A stretch of 64,000 nt of DNA from a virus (taxonomy: Duplodnaviria > Caudoviricetes). The stretch lies in IMG/VR virus record IMGVR_UViG_3300037851_001309, positions 11,805 to 75,804 of that record; one strand, written 5' to 3'. Of this stretch, positions 28,001-36,358 are shown one piece after another (the first letter of the stretch is position 1; the number at the start of each line of letters is the position of its first letter). The notes beneath the pieces were generated by a model. That model was not told the origin of the DNA. It did not search any database and saw only the letters and a list, made by a program, of their open reading frames with translations. Made by a program: the position numbers and the translations under genes.

Positions 28001-29011
28001 TGTCCTAAGAATAGTCCCATTATCCCCGACAGCAAACCCAAAATTAAGGTCATAAAAATAGACTGAATTTAGTGCCTCGGCAGTACCCGATGTTTGACGG
28101 ACCCAGGAAGATCCACCATTGGTTGTTTTCAGGATAATTCCATCAGCTCCTACAACCCAACCTACTAACTGATCATAAAAATGAACCTTTCTAAGATCAG
28201 AAGTCACCCCACTTATTAAAGGGAGCCAAGTCACCCCATTAGTTGTCTTTAGGATAGTCCCAGAGGACCCAACGGCCCAGGCAATTAATTGACTCGCGGC
28301 ATGTATTGATAAAAGATTTTCAGAAATACCTGTGGTTAAATTTGTCCAGCGGGCCCCCGAGGACGTTGTTCGAGCGATAATCCCATTATCCCCAACAACC
28401 CATCCAATGGCTTGGGTAGCATAATAGATACCATTAAGTTTTCTTTTTGTATCAATTAAAAGAACTGACCAGGTCTGACCACCATTCTGAGTCCCTAAAA
28501 GAAGACCATTATCACCACAAATCCAGCCATTGTTATTGTCATACATAAAAATACAGTTAAGGCTATCTATTACTGTAGCTGTGTCTGGCTTATTCGCTAC
28601 GCTATTTGGAGAGATAAGGGCTCTCCATACCTCGAGGATTATCCCTTCTACTATGTTTCCGGTAGATGGGGGGTTACCCAACTCTATGAGATTCGCATTC
28701 TCTTCTTGAGTTGCTGTATTCGTGACGTGAATAACATGGCCATTGACTACAGCAAATTCAGGTTTTGCCCCAACAGGGTTCTGGGTGTAAAAACTATTGG
28801 AAAGAGACCTATCTATATGAACAGGATAATAGGATATCCAGCCAGATGGCCAAGCCATCATCTGCCGGGAACGTAACTCGTTGCTCAGCTCTTGGGAAAG
28901 ATTAAGCTCCGAGTCCAAGGGCGGTTTACCCTTTTGATAAACCAGCATATCATAATTATAGCCCTGGTCATCATATACGTATGAAACGCCTGTTCCGAGA
29001 TCATTTGCCAT
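25010..29011 (-). CDS. Large baseplate/tail protein carrying an inserted 7-bladed BNR/Asp-box (YCF48-like) beta-propeller
   Basis: Seven repeats of the type WxVGxxGxIxxTxxGGxxW between about 27421 and 28567; the flanks are paralogous to 16403-19468. Confidence 0.8.
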   Translation of the reverse strand: MANDLGTGVSYVYDDQGYNYDMLVYQKGKPPLDSELNLSQELSNELRSRQMMAWPSGWISYYPVHIDRSLSNSFYTQNPVGAKPEFAVVNGHVIHVTNTATQEENANLIELGNPPSTGNIVEGIILEVWRALISPNSVANKPDTATVIDSLNCIFMYDNNNGWICGDNGLLLGTQNGGQTWSVLLIDTKRKLNGIYYATQAIGWVVGDNGIIARTTSSGARWTNLTTGISENLLSIHAASQLIAWAVGSSGTILKTTNGVTWLPLISGVTSDLRKVHFYDQLVGWVVGADGIILKTTNGGSSWVRQTSGTAEALNSVYFYDLNFGFAVGDNGTILRTSDGGSSWVSQSGNIFTGSGYVTTSEHLKDVTMVPTLDRLVTDEEVSSQLGPAGTSFTVANTPITKGDGNGTVTNDPRDVKVTVNGTEVLVNSVNGTTGAVLLNAPPGNNAVVKVTYFYNESCAVFQGKAWIVGTNGSILFTQDIGAQWVQQNSGTAYDILSADFINQTTGWVAGANSIIKNTTNSGSTWSTQQSDQFVREVQRIFFEGNIKSKTYLADNSIHPDANIETTRRVQIQYKIRVISGADPGSNPEAGLSTGIMGEGPNVTGIYAYQNMGSINGDYGCWRAKCSNTVDGYVYAIPMYFVNRRNTSTYDPQTNPNGSHQKNTAFIRPDLLIATNVVESDILDVRRRIVIPSIQKLMTAHYDELMANILKTNFFRSSEGGDRYGIELLQVDRVGGTTANGGKLISYITLADVMADGLSSEVSIETELMDVPASSTVPLQQILGPVLGIFHPQETHYKVTYQASETSPYFGKPVPGYFSGHGTDRVTFVFDESAITTLEEPTLTAYRISADWISPKSTALTYVPSEPKLVKNFSGQGSAGFFYQGVSDTDEYRVIETWSSGIPNLRNYAIAYRVNSATDTEQYYKASSVEVHYFTKVSASGSTLTIPLTVYPDAQDVPYSIYSVRRIKNITSGFSHRILNIEIQSSQIIVTAVPGFEFISGSTVEIIAGALSSLGDTNVRNGATVNFNPFLKKISKFSKSITVTTTPSFPITVTVANAEILGCSTTETAQSLNQFIYWRDSGAGAIMQTVSVTGFGTDTITIDDSAFTPGDIITIQLLVKENLLTYMQDTTVNDGLMISYNYIPPQCQANLPESLTVEAVIVPPVMYISNLGSGGGVQGVPYLTPLQHIPVNDSSIDGDSIFNNKDPMHFSNVTIDTGYVQMPIYIPGSFSGNITLSEPTLDKVSRPFYSKVSKEISFTCEGLQVSAPRKIFIPMIARIEDKLNRIYMHGEYVLLIFSRSAFSDRENKGGYFSGGNCSVSVYRIPNRPISRIS

Positions 29012-29023
29012 ATTAAATTTCCT

Positions 29024-32000
29024 TTACAAACTCTGTTTCGTCACCTGTCTGGGAGTGTCATAAGTAACAGAGAAAGACCCTATTTTCAGATACTCCAAAG
29101 ATGATGCTTGGATATCATTCGACCCTAACTCACCTTTGGTGTAGTATGCCACCTGATATTTTTTTGTATCAGGCAAGGCACCGTCCTTTGTACTTACAAC
29201 AATTTTCCCATCTGCCTGGATATAAGCGCGTCCTGGACCATTTGAAACGTCCAAAGGGTCGTTTTGAAGAATTAAGGCAAGGTTATCCTCAAAAACTCCC
29301 CGGAAAAAAGTTTCAGGACCGCCTTTGTCCACGGTTTTATAGGTTAACACTGAAACCGTAGTTATATAAGCAACGGATGAACCCTGATTATAAATCTGAA
29401 AGGTAGGAGTTCCTATATCATCTCTGACGATAAAAGAATTATCTGCCTTAGCCATTTTTATAAAAGGAAGAACAACATAATCCACATCAGAAACATTTTG
29501 AATTGCATGCACTACTTCAGCCTGAGTTAAGGAAACTCCAACACCTTTTTCAGCTATATAATTTGAAACCGAAGTCTGAATTTGTGAAGTCAAACGTTCA
29601 AAATTGGTTACCCCAGATTTAGGAATGACCGTGATAATAAAATCAATACTATTTTGAACAGCTTCCTTGGCTATGACATCAGCACAAGCATGTTTCATCT
29701 TATCGATTTCAGTCTGGACAGATTTTAAGAGAGAATTAATCGTGTAGGTAATAGTAAAATTTTCGATAGCAATGTAACTGATTAAAGTCAGTTGACCATT
29801 TTCGATCATCCCATTATCAATCATCAGTATTGTCGTAGGAGAGGAGACTGTACCAGGATCAACCGTATAATCTGAATCCTTGATGTAGGTTATCGTCTTA
29901 TCTGAATTGGTCACAATAATTGACTGAGGATCAACCCCAATAAACTGCAGGGGCTCTTTTATACCCTGTACAAGGACATGCTCCTCATCTGTTATTGATT
30001 GAAATTCCGTAACGGGAAGCCCGTTCACATATTTTATCCGTAATCCATCTTTGGCAATAGTTGAAAAACCCTCCTCCAGAGGATCTTGTAGCTTTACCAG
30101 TTCCCAGTTATCCTGCGGGAGTGTTCCAGATATCTGCCCTACCACAGACACGATATTTGAGACCGGTTGATTCTCAAGAACAAAGACATCCGAACTTCGA
30201 TATTTATAATCAATCTTAATAATGTCTTCTGACACTAAACCTACAGCAACATTAACAGGAAGAGCTTCATCAAGTTCTACCGTATCCCCATCGCCGATAA
30301 TTTTATAGCCTGTAATGTCATATTTCTTGGCTTTAGTGGAATTATAAACCTGGGTTACTTCAAATATTGGAGTATGGGCAGTTACTCTCGGATTCTCTGT
30401 CTTGAATTGATAGGCTGTAGCATTGATAACCCTAAATTGCTCACCGGACAAGCCCCCGGTACCTGATTCAAATGAAAAGGCTATCTGGTCCGATACTTGT
30501 TTAGAGCGTTTTCCTTGTATGTAAACGTCAACCTTCCCCCCAATGTGCTCTTTCCTGATATCATCGTAATCTCGCCACATTAAAGGATCACCAGCCTTTT
30601 CCACTCGAACTCCCTGGACCCCCGATACAGACACAGCAGTTTTTGCGTAACCACCTTCGGTTCCAGTATCTGCAAAATAAGCCAGCATTATTCGGCCTGC
30701 CAGGTCGTGATTGCTTTCTCTATCCTGGCCAAACATCACAGCGTTGGGGTTTTCTACCAAAAAGTCCGTATCTACTCCGGAGCTAATGCTTCGAATTGTG
30801 TATGAGTCGGTGTTGCCAGCAGACCCAGAATTTACGGCTTCTATTGCGACCTCAAGTTCATACCTTTGTGTGGTTAAATTGTAAAAAGAGTCCCTATTAT
30901 TGTAAGAAAGAATTTTTGTTTCTGTACAGCGGTAAGACTGAGACGGGATCCCCTGATCTGTGTCCCCGAGAGTTGAAACTACTGCCCCCTCATTAACAAC
31001 CATATTTCTTATGGGAGGGTTTGGGGTATAAAACAGAGCGGTACCAATCGCCCTTTCAGATCCTCTTCGAGCAACATTCACATTAGAGGCTAATTTATCA
31101 AACTGATCATCAACAATTCTTTGCACCTGGTTTGGGTCTGTCAGGTACAAAGCAATCTGAAGTGCTTTTTTGGGAAGGGATTGATTAACAGGATCGCTAA
31201 CAGCATCCCCATCAGCATCATCGAAATCCTGCAGAGCGCTAACAGACAATGATCTAGCCAAAAAATCCTGAATCACATATGTTCGAGCCTGCTCTTCCGA
31301 GACAGGATCCACTATGTCTCTAAGAACTGTTCCGGGCTTCATATCAATACCGGAATTAGAAGCAAGAAGCTCTCTGGTATAAGTCAGGATGATATCACTT
31401 TGGGTTCTTGATGGAAGATCTTGAATACCCGTAGTGATTGAAATCGGGGATCCTTCTAATTCCAAAGAATATGTGCTTTCAGTACTTTGCCCAAGAAGAG
31501 GGTCATAAATCACCGCAGAAATAACAAAGAAGAAAGGAACATCCTGATTGAACCCTATTGCAGGTATCAGGCCTTGAGCAACCATTGAGGCATAAATGGC
31601 CTCAGTGAAAAAATAAGAATAATAGTATGTTCTTTTTACTTCTTCTGTTATTGTTGTGACTCGAATCTCTCCTACCGTATTTACCGTTTTGCTGATTTCA
31701 GTAACAACATCTTGATAGAATGAAACCTGATTAACGATTTGACTGTTAATTTTCACATACTCATTGTTAACACCGCCACTTTGGTAGCTCACATAGAAAT
31801 TGTATCCAATGATATTTGGCTCGGAATTTTGAGCACAGATAATTTCAAGTTTGTCCTGATATCTTTTAAGTTGTATCCCTGTAGGAGAAGCTACCGTAAT
31901 AAAATTATCTTCCTGAGTAACCGTTATATTGATAGAAGTTACGGGACTCGTAAGACCGGTAACTCTCTCAACTGCAACGATTTGAATGGTATTAACCCCA

Positions 32001-32188
32001 TACTCTAAAGTACCAGTCCAAGCCCAAGCGGTTTCTCCCGCAGTATAGGAAACTCCATACAAGGAGTCGTTAACCCTAATTTGCTGGGTATTTCCAGAAG
32101 TGGTTCCGGAAAGGGTTTGAGTTCTGGTATCGGTAGCATAATCTGCCCCACCAGAAGGGAGTAAAATTACGGGTGCTGGTATCGCCAT
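29024..32188 (-). CDS. Baseplate J-like wedge protein (P2 gpJ / T4 gp6 class)
   Basis: DMKPGTVLRDIV, FDKLASNVNVARR, IEAVNSGSAGN, VENPNAVMFGQDRESNHDLAGRI, GTEGGYAKTAVSVSGV and GGKVDVYI. Confidence 0.88.
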   Translation of the reverse strand: MAIPAPVILLPSGGADYATDTRTQTLSGTTSGNTQQIRVNDSLYGVSYTAGETAWAWTGTLEYGVNTIQIVAVERVTGLTSPVTSINITVTQEDNFITVASPTGIQLKRYQDKLEIICAQNSEPNIIGYNFYVSYQSGGVNNEYVKINSQIVNQVSFYQDVVTEISKTVNTVGEIRVTTITEEVKRTYYYSYFFTEAIYASMVAQGLIPAIGFNQDVPFFFVISAVIYDPLLGQSTESTYSLELEGSPISITTGIQDLPSRTQSDIILTYTRELLASNSGIDMKPGTVLRDIVDPVSEEQARTYVIQDFLARSLSVSALQDFDDADGDAVSDPVNQSLPKKALQIALYLTDPNQVQRIVDDQFDKLASNVNVARRGSERAIGTALFYTPNPPIRNMVVNEGAVVSTLGDTDQGIPSQSYRCTETKILSYNNRDSFYNLTTQRYELEVAIEAVNSGSAGNTDSYTIRSISSGVDTDFLVENPNAVMFGQDRESNHDLAGRIMLAYFADTGTEGGYAKTAVSVSGVQGVRVEKAGDPLMWRDYDDIRKEHIGGKVDVYIQGKRSKQVSDQIAFSFESGTGGLSGEQFRVINATAYQFKTENPRVTAHTPIFEVTQVYNSTKAKKYDITGYKIIGDGDTVELDEALPVNVAVGLVSEDIIKIDYKYRSSDVFVLENQPVSNIVSVVGQISGTLPQDNWELVKLQDPLEEGFSTIAKDGLRIKYVNGLPVTEFQSITDEEHVLVQGIKEPLQFIGVDPQSIIVTNSDKTITYIKDSDYTVDPGTVSSPTTILMIDNGMIENGQLTLISYIAIENFTITYTINSLLKSVQTEIDKMKHACADVIAKEAVQNSIDFIITVIPKSGVTNFERLTSQIQTSVSNYIAEKGVGVSLTQAEVVHAIQNVSDVDYVVLPFIKMAKADNSFIVRDDIGTPTFQIYNQGSSVAYITTVSVLTYKTVDKGGPETFFRGVFEDNLALILQNDPLDVSNGPGRAYIQADGKIVVSTKDGALPDTKKYQVAYYTKGELGSNDIQASSLEYLKIGSFSVTYDTPRQVTKQSL

Positions 32189-32192
32189 AATA

Positions 32193-32915
32193 TCATGCTC
32201 TTATCTTTAATAGTTGCTCAAATTGTACAGTTTTTCCTGAAACAGCAGTTACTACAACATTAGCCCTGTAAACAGTCGGGTCTGCTTCATCCTGCGTAAC
32301 TGTAATACTTTCAACGGATTGTAGTAACTCCCCTTCAGTAACTGGACGCCCAGTTTGTTTATACTGGCTCTGAAGGTCTTTTAATTTGTTCAGAGCACGG
32401 CTTATTTCTGCGGTAATCTGAGAAACAAGAAAAGAGGAATTCACAACCCTTGTTCCTATAAGACCTTCAAGAGAGGTCCCCAAGAAAGAATGAAAAGGGT
32501 TGCTATTTATTCTTGTAATCATAAATTTTTCAACGTTTTGCATCAAAAGATACTCATCCCTGAGTATCGGTAAATTTCCTCGAACATCATAACTGATGTC
32601 ATCCAAATAACCAGATCCCACACACTTTGCACAGTACTGAACCAAAGTCAGGTAACTTATTTCAAAATAATCAGTTGGAGATTTCCATTTATCCTTGAAA
32701 TGAACCACTTTGGAACGTTTGATCTCCTGTGCTGGATCATCAACAAACGTATACAGGCTTTCAGGAATAAGGTTGTCCGTAGCATAAACTTTTAGCGTAG
32801 ATGTCGATGCTATCGGCTTATCCGTGCGAAGAATACGCCGATCAGAGTCAATGACACTCAGCTCTCGAAAGACCTCGTGATTGCAGGTCGTAGTTAGGTT
32901 TATATCAAAAGACAT
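32193..32915 (-). CDS. gp25/gpW-like baseplate wedge protein with N-terminal extension and CxxC
   Basis: LMQNVEKFMITRINSNPFHSFLGTSLEGLIG...ELLQSVESITV...YRANVVVTAVSG; immediately upstream of the gpJ-like gene. Confidence 0.75.
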   Translation of the reverse strand: MSFDINLTTTCNHEVFRELSVIDSDRRILRTDKPIASTSTLKVYATDNLIPESLYTFVDDPAQEIKRSKVVHFKDKWKSPTDYFEISYLTLVQYCAKCVGSGYLDDISYDVRGNLPILRDEYLLMQNVEKFMITRINSNPFHSFLGTSLEGLIGTRVVNSSFLVSQITAEISRALNKLKDLQSQYKQTGRPVTEGELLQSVESITVTQDEADPTVYRANVVVTAVSGKTVQFEQLLKIRA

Positions 32916-32956
32916 AGTTATAGCCAGAAGTATCAGAACATTATTAAAGAAAAGGA

Positions 32957-34501
32957 TTAATACTTTCTCTCTTCAACATTACAAGCGGTTCCGGACTCGA
33001 TCGCTCCCTGAATTTTTTCGATGTATTTTTGATAATCTTCTTCCAAAATATCCTGGTTTATCCTGTAGCTGGTTGCTTTGTCATAGGCTAACCGAGCATT
33101 ATTCAGAACAAAGGAATCGTGCTGATTTTTTGACGTATATGTTTTTCGTTCTATAGTCAAGGTATAATCAGAGGTATTTGAATTTTTTGGAGAGCGGATT
33201 GCTTTGTCTACTTCTGCATAAGAATTCCCCAGAGAATTCATAGCCTCGGCATTACTCTTGGTAACCTTTCTGGCGGCATTACTAAACTGTGATGCAATTA
33301 ATAAAGATGCACTTTCCTCAGCTTTAGCCAACCCTTTCTGATCTTTAACCATGGCCTGTTCATTTTCTGATTTTGTGGTATCACTACATAAAGGCATGCC
33401 ATCATACAATCCGATCATCTCTCTCCTCATTTTAGATGTTATTGCATCGGAAAAGTAAGAAGCATCAAGAACAGAATTTAGATTTACCCCAAAAATTTGC
33501 ACTGGTTTACCTGTTGGAGATAATCCACTCAATACATTATTTATAGCATTTGTTGATGCAGTAACATAATGATCGATGGTTGCCGTCAACTCATTAAAAG
33601 CGTTACCCTTTCTCGGAGTCCTTTTCATATCATTTTGTCTACTGACATTTTGAGATATATGTCCATCATTAATATTCCTGAACATCAAATCTACGTTTTT
33701 TTTCATATCCGATGTTATAATAGGATTTCCTGCTGAGTCTTTATTATCTGCAAGTACTTTTGCTCTTCTCTCCAATAATTCATTGAGAGCTTTCCCATTT
33801 TCATCACAGCCTGGATCCTCAAGAAGCAACTTAAGGTTACCTTTTAGTACATCTGGGTCTCTTTCTGCGTAAGCCTTAAAGGTTTGGGAAAGCAGTTGAT
33901 ACTGTGTTGCTATAGGAGCAGAACTGCTGAATTTCCTTGAACTACTTGAATCCGTAGAAAGGTCTCTATATCTTTGATATATCTCATAAAGCATATATAC
34001 AGTCTCATACTGTGACTTTGCTATGTTATCTCGGGCAGTAATAATATTAGCATCTTTAATTTCAGCTAATTGTTTTACCGCTGATTCTTTTTGAGTTGTA
34101 AAATTCAGAATACTTTGATTTACTACTTTTATCTCCTGCTCAAGTTTGTTAAGCTGAACCTTAGCAATCTCATTACCTTCACCCAATAACCTTTGAATTC
34201 TATTTATCCGAGGGTCAGGATCTTGAGTCATTGGATCATAAGTTCTTATAGATTGCTCAGGGGTTGTAGTTTGAAATCTATCCGGGGATAACAATAACTC
34301 CAAATCTTTCCTTCGAAGATTTCTATTTATATTTTGAAGAACAACCCAGTAGGAAGACTTTAAATTTTGAAGATCCCTTTGTAATCCAATAAGTTTCCTG
34401 TTAGCATTATCAATAGACGTACGAAGGGTCTGTATTTCTACATTTTTATCCCCTTCAGTTATTTGAAGGAGTTCTCGAACAGTTACTTGTGTGACAGCCA
34501 T
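32957..34501 (-). CDS. Hypothetical coiled-coil protein (514 aa)
   Basis: ORF track; heptad-rich N-terminus; lies within the virion operon. Confidence 0.75.
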   Translation of the reverse strand: MAVTQVTVRELLQITEGDKNVEIQTLRTSIDNANRKLIGLQRDLQNLKSSYWVVLQNINRNLRRKDLELLLSPDRFQTTTPEQSIRTYDPMTQDPDPRINRIQRLLGEGNEIAKVQLNKLEQEIKVVNQSILNFTTQKESAVKQLAEIKDANIITARDNIAKSQYETVYMLYEIYQRYRDLSTDSSSSRKFSSSAPIATQYQLLSQTFKAYAERDPDVLKGNLKLLLEDPGCDENGKALNELLERRAKVLADNKDSAGNPIITSDMKKNVDLMFRNINDGHISQNVSRQNDMKRTPRKGNAFNELTATIDHYVTASTNAINNVLSGLSPTGKPVQIFGVNLNSVLDASYFSDAITSKMRREMIGLYDGMPLCSDTTKSENEQAMVKDQKGLAKAEESASLLIASQFSNAARKVTKSNAEAMNSLGNSYAEVDKAIRSPKNSNTSDYTLTIERKTYTSKNQHDSFVLNNARLAYDKATSYRINQDILEEDYQKYIEKIQGAIESGTACNVEERKY

Positions 34502-34509
34502 AAGAATCC

Positions 34510-36045
34510 CTACTTAATTAGAATTTTCATAATAAGTTCAAAAGCCTTCCCGATTGTCTTCATTTGAGCATCAATGGCGGGAGAATTAAATCCGGACAAA
34601 GGATTGTTCCAGGATGCACCGTAAACCATACACACCCCAACGGTCATACCACCTTTACCAGACGTATTTGACGGCTTTTTTGCCTCCATAACTCTTTTTA
34701 CAAAGTTGTCCGTCCCACCTGATGATGGAGGAACATTTAAGGCCATAATCTTTGGGGCCGAACTAAAGAAATTTTCAAGGGCTGTAATCATAGTCACCAC
34801 AGCTTCAAGCATGGCGACATATACCTTAAATTTTTCAACGATCCCCTTTAAAAAATCCACAAAGGCTTTAGTATTTGATTTCAATCCGCCCTTTAAAGAT
34901 TCTAAGAAATTATCCACAAAGGTTACGACCGTAGGAAGAAACGGAAGAATGATATCAACCTTTATCGAACTCCATTGCCCCAGTGCTCCAACGCCCTTAG
35001 ACACAAATTCAACCTGATTATTTTTATTGACAATAACACCATACTTATTATTATTGACACAATTCGTTGGTATGGATTGTACAATTATTTGAGGAGAACG
35101 AGGACCCCAAAGTAAAGGAGGAAACCCAGATTCGATGACGTAATAATAGGTAGCCTCTTTGCTCTTATCTATAGAATAGTCCATGTACATACCACCCCCA
35201 TTAATACCATTAGCAGGAACAATATTATCCTGAAGGGCATCCTCATACTCCCGTACAATCTCTTTAGGCCACTCTTTTTTATCCCCAAAAAGTCTCATCA
35301 TCATAGCAGTAAGAAGGCCCTGTTCTTCTTTACCTTTTGGACCAAGAAGTTTTTTAGGGATTACAGTTTTTTCAGACCACTTTCCCCCATCTATCCTAGA
35401 TCGAGTTATTCTATAAGACCATAAAGCCTGAATGGGGGGAGCATCCCACTGAAGTTTTATACCATATTTTAAAGTCTTTCCATCTATCTGCTTAAAATAC
35501 CCTGTATAAGATCGAACATTCCGTGGAGGTGGCGGAGAGATGTTAAAAGGAAAAAGATCTGAAAAACTAAAAAGTCCCGAGATAAAATCCATGGCTTTAA
35601 AAAAATCATCCAAAGTTTCTGTGTCAGCAGCAAGTATTAATCCTCCCACAACCCCATTATCCTTAAACACTGGACGATTCTTGTCTGCATCATTATACAG
35701 GGACACTTTCAATCTCTGAAGGAAGCCATCAAAACCACCAGTTGTTAGATTTGTCAATGAGAAACTTTTTATAAATGCAGGAGGCACAAGAATATTCACA
35801 AAGATACCTGCCTGTCCAAGACTATTCCCAATCTTTTTAATCTGCCCTTGAACCAATGAGATAAAGGCATTTATAGCCCCCATCAAAGAACCAAAGGCGC
35901 TGATAAACATTTGAAGAAGCTTTATAACGGACATCAAAGCTTCAATAATTGTCAATATTTTCGACAGACCTTTGTCCATCGCTTCGAAAGCTCTAACAGG
36001 CAGTATACTGTTATCAAAACCTATTGGTTTCCATTCTTCAGCCAT
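34510..36045 (-). CDS. Hypothetical virion protein with duplicated amphipathic helical domains around an FN3-like segment
   Basis: IKLQWDAPP...YRITRS...YYYVIES resembles FN3. The N- and C-terminal halves share the VPP..GG.D.F..R...P...G..G pattern. Confidence 0.65.
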   Translation of the reverse strand: MAEEWKPIGFDNSILPVRAFEAMDKGLSKILTIIEALMSVIKLLQMFISAFGSLMGAINAFISLVQGQIKKIGNSLGQAGIFVNILVPPAFIKSFSLTNLTTGGFDGFLQRLKVSLYNDADKNRPVFKDNGVVGGLILAADTETLDDFFKAMDFISGLFSFSDLFPFNISPPPPRNVRSYTGYFKQIDGKTLKYGIKLQWDAPPIQALWSYRITRSRIDGGKWSEKTVIPKKLLGPKGKEEQGLLTAMMMRLFGDKKEWPKEIVREYEDALQDNIVPANGINGGGMYMDYSIDKSKEATYYYVIESGFPPLLWGPRSPQIIVQSIPTNCVNNNKYGVIVNKNNQVEFVSKGVGALGQWSSIKVDIILPFLPTVVTFVDNFLESLKGGLKSNTKAFVDFLKGIVEKFKVYVAMLEAVVTMITALENFFSSAPKIMALNVPPSSGGTDNFVKRVMEAKKPSNTSGKGGMTVGVCMVYGASWNNPLSGFNSPAIDAQMKTIGKAFELIMKILIK

Positions 36046-36358
36046 AAAAAACCTTTTTCGCCTGTTTAATGTCTTTTTCTACTGTTTTGAGCTGTCGTTC
36101 TAACATATGAGATGCTGAGTTCACAGCCTGCTTTAACGTCCGAATCATATAATTATCCGAACGTATGTAATTCCATTCCAATTGTTCAGATTGTTCAGAC
36201 GTCGAATCGGTGGTCCCCCCAAATAGGGCTTTTTCCAGTGCAACCAGCTCTTCATAAGATGGAGCAGGGCACTCATTTACAGGAAGCGCTTGCTCACACT
36301 TAATGAAGCCTGGTTCATCTCGATCACCTTCTCGACCTGTTTCAGTCTCGCTTCGCAT
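36038..36358 (-). CDS. Hypothetical protein (106 aa) overlapping the 3' end of the upstream gene by 82 nt
   Basis: AGGAG lies 6 nt before ATG 36358; the C-terminus is coiled-coil-like; it overlaps the next start by 8 nt. Confidence 0.55.
   Translation of the reverse strand: MRSETETGREGDRDEPGFIKCEQALPVNECPAPSYEELVALEKALFGGTTDSTSEQSEQLEWNYIRSDNYMIRTLKQAVNSASHMLERQLKTVEKDIKQAKKVFYG

Noticed and set aside
27421-28567. Photosystem II assembly factor YCF48 as an auxiliary metabolic gene
   Set aside because: The repeats are generic BNR/Asp-box blades inserted in a structural protein; there is no signal peptide and no photosynthesis gene in the window.
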